The position numbers were made by a program, and so were the translations under genes. From Verrucomicrobiaceae bacterium (lineage in GTDB: Bacteria > Verrucomicrobiota > Verrucomicrobiia > Verrucomicrobiales > Akkermansiaceae), in the NCBI GenBank assembly GCA_051252135.1, contig JBPOGH010000001.1, forward strand, positions 1 to 64,000: a DNA stretch of 64,000 nucleotides, read 5' to 3'. The notes below the pieces were generated by a model that was not told the origin of the DNA, did no database searches, and saw nothing but the letters and a program-made list of their open reading frames with translations. Numbering within the stretch: the stretch's first letter is position 1; every line of letters begins with the position of its first letter. Positions 8,204-18,256 of this stretch are shown piece by piece.

Positions 8204-11200
8204 TTACTTTAAGGGGTGTTCTTTAAGTAGTTCTTCGGGGGTGTAGAGGCCTACCTTTTCTTTAATTTCCTCGCGGACTTTCTTCACCTGTCCGGGGCGG
8301 ATTGGGGAGGCCTTGTTTCCGAAGGAATTCCGGACGAAGGTGAGGACCGAGGAGATTTCATCGTCGTCGAGGAGGCCGCCGAAGGCAGTCATCGGAACGT
8401 GGCCGGGGTATTCCTTTCCAGCGACCTCGATGGGGCCCATGAGGCCGTTCAAGGTGAGCTTGATGAGGCGATCGGGATCGCCTTGCGACCACTTGGTGCC
8501 GGCGACCGGTGGGAATCCGGCGTCGGGGAGACCTTTGCCGTCCGGTTGGTGGCAGGTGGAGCAATGAGCTTCACGGGCGTAAATCTCGGCTCCTTTGACG
8601 AAGCGTGCGGCGTCTCCTTTTGCGAGGTGCTTGGGGGCGTTGATCTTCGGGCCGACTTCGGCTTTGACGGCCTTTCCTGAGAAGACGTCTTTGGCGAACT
8701 CGAAGCTTTGCTTTGAGTGGTCGTCGATGCCTTTGGCCTCGGCGATTGCGAGAACAGCGACTCCTTGGTCTGCTGGCAGGTAAGAGGCGGCGGCGATGGC
8801 TTCGAGGCGGACGCGGCCGTGGTCGTCGTCAGCTGCTTTGGAAAGAAGCCCGGTCAGATTGGGCAGCTTATGCTCATTGAAACGGGCGACCCGCACGGCG
8901 GCGGAACGAACGCGGTGGTCCTTTGAGTTGAGGAGTTCCTCAAGAAGGGTGGGATCGATTTGATCCGCTCCCCAAGTGACCCAGAGGGCTTCGAGTTTGT
9001 GCCGATCGTCGCTTTGCCCGGAGGCCCAGGCGGCGGCGGCCTTTGAGACTTCGGAAGCGTCGCGCTCTCGGAGTTCGCGACGAGTGCGGTAGCGGGTGCG
9101 GTACTCGGGGAGGGTGAGGTTTGCGAGGAGCTCATCGATGGATGCTCCGTCAACCTTTGCGGGCTTCACCAAGGGGCGAGACGGATAAGTGACGCGGTAG
9201 ATGCGGCCGTGCTTGTGGTCGCGGAGTGGGTCACGCGCGCTGTGCTGCATGTGGCCGATGAGGGCGTTCTGCCAGTCGGCGACGTAGAGTGATCCGTCCG
9301 GCGCGAACTCGAGATCGACAGGGCGGAAGTTGAGATCCTTCGACGAGTAGAGGTCCTGCACGTATTTCGTGGTGAAGCCGGTTCCGTCTTCGATGAGTTG
9401 GTGCTGCTTTGCGCCGAGGAATCCGATGTTGTTATTGATGAGAATATCGCCTTGGGCTTCGTCCGGGAAATGACGGCTGGAGACAATCTCGATGCCGGAG
9501 GTGGGGCGAACCTGATTGCTGGTGAGCAGGTCGGGAGCCTGGAAGTTGGCACCGTAACGAGCATTAACTGTTCCGGGAAGCATCCAGCTCATTTTAGGAC
9601 CGGAGGTGTGGAGGAAGAAGTCTTGTCCGTAGTCATCAAAGGCGACGCCCCAAGGGTTAGGGATGTGGAACTGACCGTAGCGGAGGATGTGCTTCCGCTG
9701 TGGGCTGTAGCGCCAGAAGCCACCGTTGGTTCCTCGCTCAGGTCCATAGACGCTCTCGGTGTTGGACTGCAAGAAGAGTCCCTCGCACATCACGATGGCT
9801 CCGCTGGGGTCAGCGCAGAAAGCGGAAATGGCGTGGTGGGTGTCGTGATCATCGAAGCCGCTTAGGAGCAATTCAGAGACATCATATTTGTCATCTCCGT
9901 CCGTGTCTTGAAGGTGAATGAGGCTTCCGCTTTGGGAGACGTAGACACCATCGTGTGAAATTTCGAACCCGATGGGGATGTGGAGGTCATCGGCGAAGAC
10001 GGTTTGCTTGTCGGCGACGCCATCGTTATCGGTGTCTTCCAGGATGAGGAGCTTGTCCTTTGGTCGGGCATCGCCGATGCGGTAGTGCGGGTAGCTTTCC
10101 ATGGTGGCGACCCAAAGGCGGCCTTTGTTATCGAAAGCAATCTGCACGGGGTTCTTGAGATCGGGGAAGGTCTTCTCAGAAGCGAAGAGATCGATCTTGT
10201 AGCCTTCGGCCATCTCGAGTTGGGTCTGGGCTTGTTCTCCGGAAATGTAACCATCGGTGCCGGTTTTTTTACCGGGCTTGTAGTTGGTTTGAACCGGGGG
10301 GAGTTCGAGCGTTTTGGCATCGGCGGCGGCGAGATCGAAATCTTTTCCGGCCAGAGTGGCCCAGATCGCCTGGTCGCGAACGGCGGTCATCTGACGAGAC
10401 TTTTTGATCTCGAAGGGGTAGTTGTCGGGGCCGTAGGGATTGTAGCGTCGGCCAAAGGCGTGAACGCCATTCGGCATTTTAAAGTCGTTGAGCCAAGTGA
10501 AGTTCTTCTCCACCACGGCGGCGTGGACGGCTTGGCGCTTGCTCTCATCGACCGGGGCTTTACCAAAAAGTCCGTCGGCGACCACGGGAGCCAGTTTTTT
10601 ATTACCGGCATCATTGAGTAGGGCTCCGTCAATGGTGAGTGCCCCGGTCCAGCCTTGCGATGGGGTGAAGGCATCGACGAAGAGTGCGCCATTGGCTGCG
10701 GCGACCTCCTTGGTGGCGTTGGTGTAGAGGGCGAGATTCTGGTTGATGTTTGAGCCATCGGGGACGCTGAATTCATCCGAGAGGTCTTGCACAGCGGTGG
10801 GTGAGACCAGGGCAAGCTGGGGGATCGATTTGCCATTATACTTCCGGGAAAGAGTGTGGCGGACGAAGGCTTCGAGTTCCGCTTTGTAGCGGTCGAGATC
10901 GTCGGGTCCGGCGAAGGACGAGTTGTAGCCGAAGAAGGCGACGATGGTGTCCGCCTTGAGGCGAGTGAGCCATTGGTCGGGGGTCTCGAAATGACCGCCG
11001 GGTTTTGAGGCCGCTTGCAGCTCGGTAGGCAGGAGCTCTTTGGCTCCGGGGAAGGCATATTGCTGGTCCTGATTTCGACCGGGGTGGGGGCGAAAGCCGG
11101 GTGTGTTTCCTTCATCGCCCATGTTGCGGATCGCGAGTTTTTGATCGGGGAAGCGGAGTTGAATCTCGGTTTCGAGATGAGGGAAGTGGTTCATGCGCGA

Positions 11201-11506
11201 GGCCATGCCGGAACCGATGATGACGATGCTGTTGCCCTCTTGAATAGTGAGTTTGTCAGGGGCTGGCTTTGAGACGAAGGGAACGCTCTCCGGATTCATG
11301 GGAGGAAGAACGCCTTTTGGGAGAGCTTTTTTTTCCGGGGCTTTTTTCTTACTTCTGGCAGCGCGTCGTTTTGCGGCCTTGTCCTCATTGTTTTCCTGCT
11401 GGGCAGCTTGGGGAGCAGAAAGGTTGATGGGTTCTTGGGCGGATGCAGGAACCAGCATGGATGCGGTGCCGAGGAGGGTGAGTTTCGTGAGAAGTTGTCT
11501 TTTCAT
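8204..11506 (-). CDS. PVC-type dehydrogenase-like protein: SGNH-like domain + beta-propeller + HEAT-like repeats + cytochrome c
   Basis: Signal peptide; NPVQIAFDNKGRLWV, LEDTDNDGVADK, FRPVDLEFAPDGSLYVADW; CSTCH heme motif with distal Met. Confidence 0.88.
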   Translation of the reverse strand: MKRQLLTKLTLLGTASMLVPASAQEPINLSAPQAAQQENNEDKAAKRRAARSKKKAPEKKALPKGVLPPMNPESVPFVSKPAPDKLTIQEGNSIVIIGSGMASRMNHFPHLETEIQLRFPDQKLAIRNMGDEGNTPGFRPHPGRNQDQQYAFPGAKELLPTELQAASKPGGHFETPDQWLTRLKADTIVAFFGYNSSFAGPDDLDRYKAELEAFVRHTLSRKYNGKSIPQLALVSPTAVQDLSDEFSVPDGSNINQNLALYTNATKEVAAANGALFVDAFTPSQGWTGALTIDGALLNDAGNKKLAPVVADGLFGKAPVDESKRQAVHAAVVEKNFTWLNDFKMPNGVHAFGRRYNPYGPDNYPFEIKKSRQMTAVRDQAIWATLAGKDFDLAAADAKTLELPPVQTNYKPGKKTGTDGYISGEQAQTQLEMAEGYKIDLFASEKTFPDLKNPVQIAFDNKGRLWVATMESYPHYRIGDARPKDKLLILEDTDNDGVADKQTVFADDLHIPIGFEISHDGVYVSQSGSLIHLQDTDGDDKYDVSELLLSGFDDHDTHHAISAFCADPSGAIVMCEGLFLQSNTESVYGPERGTNGGFWRYSPQRKHILRYGQFHIPNPWGVAFDDYGQDFFLHTSGPKMSWMLPGTVNARYGANFQAPDLLTSNQVRPTSGIEIVSSRHFPDEAQGDILINNNIGFLGAKQHQLIEDGTGFTTKYVQDLYSSKDLNFRPVDLEFAPDGSLYVADWQNALIGHMQHSARDPLRDHKHGRIYRVTYPSRPLVKPAKVDGASIDELLANLTLPEYRTRYRTRRELRERDASEVSKAAAAWASGQSDDRHKLEALWVTWGADQIDPTLLEELLNSKDHRVRSAAVRVARFNEHKLPNLTGLLSKAADDDHGRVRLEAIAAASYLPADQGVAVLAIAEAKGIDDHSKQSFEFAKDVFSGKAVKAEVGPKINAPKHLAKGDAARFVKGAEIYAREAHCSTCHQPDGKGLPDAGFPPVAGTKWSQGDPDRLIKLTLNGLMGPIEVAGKEYPGHVPMTAFGGLLDDDEISSVLTFVRNSFGNKASPIRPGQVKKVREEIKEKVGLYTPEELLKEHPLK

Positions 11507-11535
11507 TGTAGGAAATTTGAGTGGTTGGTGAGATT

Positions 11536-12894
11536 TTAGTAATTCAGTTTGGAGCCTTTGGACGGTTTCTGTCGTTCATTGAGCCACCATTTTTTGGGGC
11601 CTTCGGCTTCGATGTCCTGCCAGACTTTATAGAGTGCTTTTTTCATCTCTTCGAGTTTTTCGGGCATGGAGTTGGCGAGATCGTTTTCTTCTTTCCAGTC
11701 CTTTTGGATGTTGAAGAGCATGAACTTGTCCATGGTGTCGTTGCTGACGATTTTCCAATCGCCGAGGCGGAGAGCGGAGCGGTTATCGGCTTGGGAGACA
11801 TGGGTGCGCCAGAAGAGGGGGACGTTTCGGGTGAGTGGTTTTCCGTCGGCGGCAGGGAGGAGGTTGACGCCATCAATGGTGCGGTCGGCGGGGAGGGGGA
11901 TGTCGACAATGCTGAGGATGGTGGAGAAGAGGTCGGTGCCGATGACGGGGATGTCACTGACGGTTCCGGGCTTGATGCGGGCGGGCCAGCGGGCGACGCC
12001 GGGGACGCGAATGCCGCCTTCGTGGCTGCTGCGCTTATTGCCGCGCAGGCCTCCCGAGGAACCTCCGAAACCGGGAACGGGGCCATTGTCCGAGGTGAAG
12101 AAGAGGAAGGTGTTGTCGGCGACTCCGGCCTTATCGAGGGCGTCCATGACCTGGCCGAGGGCGGTATCGAGCTGGGTGATGTTGCCCATGTATTTGCTGT
12201 TTTTGTGGCCGGGGTAGAGTTCGGAGAACTTGGGATCGGTGGCGATGGGTGAATGCGGTTCGTGGACCCAGACGGAGAGGGCGAAGGGCTTTTTGGGGTC
12301 GTGAACGTTTTCCAACCAGTGAATCGCTTCGGTGGCGACGATTTGGGCGGAGTAGCCTTTCATCTCGCCGACGGGCTTGCCGTTGCGGACGAAGTTGTTG
12401 GGGTTTTTGTGGCTGGGGATGGCGTTGTTTTGGGAATACATCCAGTAGTCGTAGCCGTGGTCGCCGGGTTGCGGGAATTCGGGAGTGTTGAACTGCGGCT
12501 TGGAGAGGAGGTGCCATTTTCCGACGTGGCAGGTCTCGTAGCCGATTCCTTTGAGGAGTTCGGGATAAGTGATCTCGCTGGCGCGGAGGTGTGCGGGGTG
12601 ATTTCCGGAGAGGTGACGCCAGACGCCATTGCGGTAGGGGGTGCGGCCGGTGAGGATGGCGGAGCGTGAGGGCGAGCAGACGCCGCAGGCGGAGTAGCAC
12701 TGGGTGAACTTCACGCCTTGGGAGGCGAGCTTGTCGAGATTGGGCGTCTTGATCAGGGGATGGCCGTAGGTGGCGGAGTCTCCCCAGCCCATGTCATCGG
12801 CGACAAAGATGACGAAGTTTGGTTTCGGCGTCGTATCGGCGCGAAGAAAGATCGGGCCAAATAGAAGTGGTAGGATGAAAAGAGCCTTTTTCAT
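11536..12894 (-). CDS. Sulfatase (S1 family)
   Basis: PNFVIFVADDMG, CSPSRSAILTGR, GKWHL; signal peptide. Confidence 0.93.
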   Translation of the reverse strand: MKKALFILPLLFGPIFLRADTTPKPNFVIFVADDMGWGDSATYGHPLIKTPNLDKLASQGVKFTQCYSACGVCSPSRSAILTGRTPYRNGVWRHLSGNHPAHLRASEITYPELLKGIGYETCHVGKWHLLSKPQFNTPEFPQPGDHGYDYWMYSQNNAIPSHKNPNNFVRNGKPVGEMKGYSAQIVATEAIHWLENVHDPKKPFALSVWVHEPHSPIATDPKFSELYPGHKNSKYMGNITQLDTALGQVMDALDKAGVADNTFLFFTSDNGPVPGFGGSSGGLRGNKRSSHEGGIRVPGVARWPARIKPGTVSDIPVIGTDLFSTILSIVDIPLPADRTIDGVNLLPAADGKPLTRNVPLFWRTHVSQADNRSALRLGDWKIVSNDTMDKFMLFNIQKDWKEENDLANSMPEKLEEMKKALYKVWQDIEAEGPKKWWLNERQKPSKGSKLNY

Positions 12895-12899
12895 AATCG

Positions 12900-15002
12900 T
12901 TATTTTTGGTCAATGAGCAGCTTCCCTTCGACTGAAAAGTCATCGAAGGTGAGATGGCCCCAGCCCCCGGTGTTTTTGTCGACGACTTGTAGGTGGACTG
13001 TTTTGCCCTTCAGCTTACTGAGGTCCCAAGTCGTGCGCTTCATCTGAGGGCCGCGAGTTCCGCCGGCTTTCAATAGGACCTCTTTTGTTTCGGCGTCGAC
13101 GAGTCCGACGTAGAGGGATTCTTTATCAAAACCGCCGGAAGCGAGGAAGCTGGCGCGGTCGCCTTGGATTACGAAGGCGGGCGACTGGAAGGTGACTTGC
13201 TGTTTGTCACTGAAGCCTTCACCCGTATCGATGGTCGAGAGGTGGAATTTCCCTTCTTGATTGAAGGGACGTGCTTTGTGCTGGGTAAGGGCGGCGTGGT
13301 CGGAGATGAGACGTCCGGCTGCGCCGTTGATCACGGTCCAGCCGTCGAGTTCCCCTGACTCGAAGGTGAAGCGGAGTTTTCCAAGTGGTTTAAATTCGTC
13401 GTGCTTGGTGTTGGCTTTGATCGGGCGAGTTTTCTTGGGTTGGGGCTTATGAGGAGCGGCCTGCTTGGGGCGAACTTGGTTTAATACTGCCGCCATTTCC
13501 TTCACGATTTCGGGATGCTCGAGGTAGAGATTTTTGGTTTGGTTCGGGTCGGCTTCCAGATCGTAGAGTTGGGCGGGAGAGGCGTTTTTTTTGAGTTTTC
13601 CATCCTCGATGTCGCTGTTGGGAGTGTGGACGAGTTTGGCTACGGCAGGGCCGCCCCAGGCATGTTGGCCGGGCTTTGAGCCGCTAAATCCGCCGTCGCT
13701 TTTGGCGGGGATGTACATCCACTTCCCCTTCCGGTAGGACATGTGTGAAGGCTTGCTGGGGGTGATGAACATCTCGCTACGGAGTGGCTCTGCCGGATTC
13801 CCGGTGAGGGCGGGGAGCATGTTGATGCTGTCCTTGGGGTTTTCCAATTTCTGACCGGTGAGAGCGGCGAAGGTGGAGAGGAGGTCGACACTGATGGTGA
13901 GTTGGTCGGAGACGGAACCGGCTTCGATTTCCCCGGGCCACTTGGCGATGAAGGGGACGCGGTGTCCCCCTTCCCAGATGCCAAACTTGGAGCCGAGAAG
14001 GTCGCCATTGATGCGATGTCCCAATTCGGCAGCAGCGCGGCCTCCGAGATTGAACATGCCACCGTTGTCACTGGTGAAAATGATGAGGGTGTTGTCGGTC
14101 AGGCCTTTTTCTTCGAGAGTCTTCACGACCTCTCCGACGATCCAATCGAGCTCATGGACGAAGTCGCCATAGACGCCGCTTTCGCTGCTACCCTGGAAGC
14201 GCTTGGCGGGAGTGAAGGGATGGTGAACGTTGGTGGTGGCGAAGTAGCAGAAGAAGGGTTTTTCTTTTCGGTCTTTGATCCACCCGGTGGCTTTTTCAGT
14301 GAGCTTGGTGCCGACTTCGTAGTCGTTGAAAAGTGCGTGAGCTTTTTTGGCACCGCCGAACTGGTTGCGGCTGCGCTGAGATTCTTCGGGCTTGATCGGG
14401 GTGATGGGCGTGATTTGGTCTTTCCTGGCATCTCTGCCGAGGAGCTTGATGGGGTCGTCGGGATCGCTGCCGACGATGCGGTCGTTTTCAACGTAAACGT
14501 AAGGCGGTGCGCTGTTCACGACGGGCATGCCGAAGTAGTAGTCGAACCCGAGGTCTTGCGGTCCGGGTCGGAGGGGTGCGTTCCACTTGTTAGCGCCTTC
14601 GCCGAATCCGAGGTGCCATTTGCCAAAGACGGCGGTGTCGTAGCCGCTGTTTTTGAAGACATCGGCGATGGTGAGAGTTTCGGTTGGGATGAGCAGAGGC
14701 GAGGTGATGGGAGCAGGGCCCCAGATGCCTTTGCCGTTGGCACCGCGGAAGGGATATTCGCCGGTGAGGAGGCCGTAGCGGGACGGGGTGCAAACGGCGG
14801 AAGCCGAGTGGGCGTCGGTGAACTTTCGGCCCTCGGCGGCGAGCTTATCGATGTTGGGGGTTTTGAGTTTGGTGGCACCGTAGCAGCCGAGGTCGCCGTA
14901 GCCGAGGTCGTCGGCGAAGATGAGGACGACGTTTGGTGGCTTCTCCGAGGCGCTGAGAAGTGAAAGGCTGACCGCGGTGAGAAGGAAGAGGGATCGTTTC
15001 AT
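12900..15002 (-). CDS. Arylsulfatase with C-terminal putative carbohydrate-binding beta-sandwich
   Basis: CTPSRYGLLTG, GKWHLG; C-terminal module FESGELDGW...GWGHLTFDDF after a Pro/Lys linker. Confidence 0.92.
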   Translation of the reverse strand: MKRSLFLLTAVSLSLLSASEKPPNVVLIFADDLGYGDLGCYGATKLKTPNIDKLAAEGRKFTDAHSASAVCTPSRYGLLTGEYPFRGANGKGIWGPAPITSPLLIPTETLTIADVFKNSGYDTAVFGKWHLGFGEGANKWNAPLRPGPQDLGFDYYFGMPVVNSAPPYVYVENDRIVGSDPDDPIKLLGRDARKDQITPITPIKPEESQRSRNQFGGAKKAHALFNDYEVGTKLTEKATGWIKDRKEKPFFCYFATTNVHHPFTPAKRFQGSSESGVYGDFVHELDWIVGEVVKTLEEKGLTDNTLIIFTSDNGGMFNLGGRAAAELGHRINGDLLGSKFGIWEGGHRVPFIAKWPGEIEAGSVSDQLTISVDLLSTFAALTGQKLENPKDSINMLPALTGNPAEPLRSEMFITPSKPSHMSYRKGKWMYIPAKSDGGFSGSKPGQHAWGGPAVAKLVHTPNSDIEDGKLKKNASPAQLYDLEADPNQTKNLYLEHPEIVKEMAAVLNQVRPKQAAPHKPQPKKTRPIKANTKHDEFKPLGKLRFTFESGELDGWTVINGAAGRLISDHAALTQHKARPFNQEGKFHLSTIDTGEGFSDKQQVTFQSPAFVIQGDRASFLASGGFDKESLYVGLVDAETKEVLLKAGGTRGPQMKRTTWDLSKLKGKTVHLQVVDKNTGGWGHLTFDDFSVEGKLLIDQK

Positions 15003-15007
15003 CGGCT

Positions 15008-16492
15008 CTACTTATTTGATTTTTTTGATCTGGTCCGGGTGCCGCGCTTGAGGGGCGTTCCTTTATCGCCTCCGGCGGCGATCATTTCGGGGTAGGTGGT
15101 GTCCCACCAATGGTCGTAGGCGGTGGAGAGTTCTTTGACGAGGTCCGGCATTTGAGCGGAGAGGTCGTTCTTGCACGCGGGGTCTTTTTTACTGTTGAAG
15201 AGGGACCATTGGTCGGGTGCGCTGACACCCCAGTGGAACTGGGCATTGTCCTCGGTGTAGGTGATTTTTCGGGTGCCTTTTTTGATGAGTTCCAGGGTGA
15301 GGCATTGGCTGGAGTAGGCTTGGTGGCAATCGGTGTTTCCGCAGGAGTGGCTGCGGAGGAGGAGGTGGTTTCCTTGGCGGACTCCGGCCATGGCATACTT
15401 GTGGGAGGCGGCGAGGCCGCTGGGCCAGCGGGCGACGTGTTGGTAGAGGATGCGGTCGTCGTGCCACGGCTTGGGGGTGGCGGATTCGAGGAGGGGGCGG
15501 AGGCTGAAGCCTTCTAATTTTTGTTGGAGGTCAGTGGGGAGTTTGGCTCCGGCGTAGTCGCACAAGGTGGGGAGGACGTCGAGGTGGGCGGTGAGCTTGT
15601 CGACTTTGTGAGCGGGCCATTGGCCGGGTAAGCGCCAGAAGGACATGGCGCGTGAGCCGCCTTCCCAGATGGTGCACTTGCTGCCGCGCATGCCGGCGTT
15701 GTAGAGGTCAAGGCCTTCGGTGACGCCGTTGTCGTTCATGAAGATGACGATGGTGTTTTTCTCGAGGTCGCGCTCTTTGAGGAACGTGAGGATGCGGCCG
15801 ACGTTGTCGTCGATGTTCTCGATCATGCCGAGGTAGGCGGCGTGCTTTTCGCTGACCTTGTCCTTGTAGTTGGCGAGGTTTTTTTCGGGAGCGGCCAAGG
15901 GGGTGTGGGGCGAGTAGGTGGCGAGGTAGCAGAAGAAGGGCTGGTCTTTTGTTTCATCGATGAAGGCCATCGCTTCGTCGAAGAAGACGTCTTCACGGTA
16001 GCCTTTGTGCTGCTTCCGTTTTCCATTCCGAATCATGAGTGGGTCGAAGTGGTTGCGGGGGCCTTTTTGGTTGGTTGAGGTCCAATCGAAGCCCCGGTCT
16101 GCGGGGGTGTGACCTTTGCCATTGCCGAGGTGCCATTTGCCGATGAAGCCGCTGCGGTAGCCTGCGGTGTTGAGGAGTTGCGGGAGGATGGTGGCGGACT
16201 GTGAGAGCTGCTCGCGGGGTTGGATGGTGTGCGTGACGCCGTTGCGGAACTCGTGCATCCCGGTCAGGAGGGCGGCGCGGGTGGGCGAACAGGAGGGGCT
16301 GACGTAGAAGTTGTCGAAGCGGACGCTTTCGGCGGCGAGTTTGTCGAGGTGCGGCGTTTTGAGAAGGGGGTGGCCGTGGCTGGCGAGGTCGCCGTAGCCC
16401 TGGTCATCGGTGAGGATGAAAAGGATGTTGGGCTTAGTTGCGGCGGGCAGGAGCGCTGCAGCGGCAAAGAGGAGTGTGACGATGAGTCGCAT
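15008..16492 (-). CDS. Arylsulfatase (S1 family)
   Basis: PNILFILTDDQG, CSPTRAALLTG, GKWHLG. Confidence 0.93.
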   Translation of the reverse strand: MRLIVTLLFAAAALLPAATKPNILFILTDDQGYGDLASHGHPLLKTPHLDKLAAESVRFDNFYVSPSCSPTRAALLTGMHEFRNGVTHTIQPREQLSQSATILPQLLNTAGYRSGFIGKWHLGNGKGHTPADRGFDWTSTNQKGPRNHFDPLMIRNGKRKQHKGYREDVFFDEAMAFIDETKDQPFFCYLATYSPHTPLAAPEKNLANYKDKVSEKHAAYLGMIENIDDNVGRILTFLKERDLEKNTIVIFMNDNGVTEGLDLYNAGMRGSKCTIWEGGSRAMSFWRLPGQWPAHKVDKLTAHLDVLPTLCDYAGAKLPTDLQQKLEGFSLRPLLESATPKPWHDDRILYQHVARWPSGLAASHKYAMAGVRQGNHLLLRSHSCGNTDCHQAYSSQCLTLELIKKGTRKITYTEDNAQFHWGVSAPDQWSLFNSKKDPACKNDLSAQMPDLVKELSTAYDHWWDTTYPEMIAAGGDKGTPLKRGTRTRSKKSNK

Positions 16493-16498
16493 GACGAT

Positions 16499-18250
16499 TT
16501 ATTTTGAGAGGAGTTCTACTTCAGTGAAGTAGGCGCCGCCTGCTTTTCCCGAACTGTCGTAGAGGTAGGTTAGAAGCTCAGTTTTTCCGGCGGGGAGGTC
16601 CATTTCAAAGACGACTCCTTTGCTGTTGGGTTCGACTTTTGACTCAGCGGTCTTTCCGGCGATGGTGACTTTGGCTCGCTCAGCGATGAGGGGCTTGTTT
16701 GCGATCTTTGGATATTGGCGCAGGGTGAACTTATAACGGCCTGCCATCTTAACATCGACGTGCCAGGGGCCGGTGATGCGAGGGAGTCTCTTGATGGAGT
16801 TGAAATTCCAAGGCGGGTTTCCTTTGGGCATATACCAGTCTTGCGAGCAGAGGACGGTGGGGTTTTCGGCGCGGTTTCCGAGGTCGATGGAGACCGGAGT
16901 CATGCGTGGCGAGACGGATTCCCAGAAAGGCGGGTAGAGCGCACGGAGTTCGGTGACGACGGAAGGGTGCTTGCTCGAGATGTCATTTTTCTGAGCGGGG
17001 TCAGTTTTCAAATCGTAGAGTTCTTCGCCATTGATGAGGCGCCAGTTGTCCTTGAGAACGCAGGAATATTCCCACTTGGTAGCGGGCTTGCTGAAACCGG
17101 GGCCACCTTGATATTGAATGATGTGATGATCGCGATGGGGTGCGGATTTTGGGTCACGCAAGAGGCTTGCGAAGGAGATGCCATCGGGCTGGTGTGAGTC
17201 TGGGACGGGGATCTCGCAAAGCTCAGCGAGGGTTGGGAGAACGTCGATGTGTGCTGAGATGGCCGAGACGTCACGGCCGCCAGTGAGCATTCCTTTTGGC
17301 CAGTGGAGGAAGAAAGGGACGCGGTGTCCTCCTTCGTAGATGGAGGATTTTTTGCCACGCATTCCGGCATTGTAACCGAGTTGGGCTTCGCTAGTGAGGC
17401 TCTTAAAGGTTGCGCCGTTGGCAGTGCCGTTGTCGGTCATGTAGATGAAGATGGTGTTCCCGGAGAGGCCGAGTGCATCAATCTTTGAGCGGAGGAGACC
17501 GACGTTGTGATCGATGTTTTCGACCATGCCATAGAACTCGGGGCCGCCTCGCCATTTGATATCTTTGCGATAGGGATCACTCCATTTTTTGTCGACGCGG
17601 TAGGGGCCGTGCGGGGCATTGGGGGCGATGTAGAGGAAGAAGGGTTTTTCTTTGTTCTCTTCGACAAAGCGGATGGACTCGGCGAACCAAACATCGGTGC
17701 AGTAGCCTTCGAACTTTTCGAATTTTCCGTTCCGCTCGTAGGTGTCATCGAAGTAGGTGTTGCCCCAGTGATCGGAGGCTTGGCCGACTCCGCCGCAGCG
17801 GTGCCAGACCACGTCCTGGAAGCCGCGATCTTGGGGTCGATGGGGTGCGTTGTCGCCGAGATGCCATTTGCCGACCATGCCGGTGCGGTAGCCGTTTTCT
17901 GAGAAGACATTGGCGATGGTTTTTTCGTCAGTGTGCAGCATCGTGCGCCCGGAACTGGTGCGATAAGCTCCGGTGCGGGCGGGGTGGTGCGCGGTCATGA
18001 GGGCGGCGCGCGTGGGGGTGCAGAAGGAGCTGACGTGGAAATCGGTGAGGCGGATGGACTCGGCGTAGAGCTTGTCGAGGTGGGGAGTTTTTACGAGGGG
18101 ATTTCCGTGGCAGGCAAGGTCGCCGTAGCCCTGGTCATCGGTCATGATGAGGATGACATTCGGCTTGGTTCCAGTGGCGGTCACCGGGGTGAGGGCACCT
18201 GCACAGAGGCAGAGTGCTGAGATGAGGAGTTTTGATTGAATGCTGAACAT
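16499..18250 (-). CDS. Arylsulfatase with C-terminal beta-sandwich
   Basis: PNVILIMTDDQG, CTPTRAALMT, GKWHLG. Confidence 0.93.
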   Translation of the reverse strand: MFSIQSKLLISALCLCAGALTPVTATGTKPNVILIMTDDQGYGDLACHGNPLVKTPHLDKLYAESIRLTDFHVSSFCTPTRAALMTAHHPARTGAYRTSSGRTMLHTDEKTIANVFSENGYRTGMVGKWHLGDNAPHRPQDRGFQDVVWHRCGGVGQASDHWGNTYFDDTYERNGKFEKFEGYCTDVWFAESIRFVEENKEKPFFLYIAPNAPHGPYRVDKKWSDPYRKDIKWRGGPEFYGMVENIDHNVGLLRSKIDALGLSGNTIFIYMTDNGTANGATFKSLTSEAQLGYNAGMRGKKSSIYEGGHRVPFFLHWPKGMLTGGRDVSAISAHIDVLPTLAELCEIPVPDSHQPDGISFASLLRDPKSAPHRDHHIIQYQGGPGFSKPATKWEYSCVLKDNWRLINGEELYDLKTDPAQKNDISSKHPSVVTELRALYPPFWESVSPRMTPVSIDLGNRAENPTVLCSQDWYMPKGNPPWNFNSIKRLPRITGPWHVDVKMAGRYKFTLRQYPKIANKPLIAERAKVTIAGKTAESKVEPNSKGVVFEMDLPAGKTELLTYLYDSSGKAGGAYFTEVELLSK

Positions 18251-18256
18251 GTCTCG

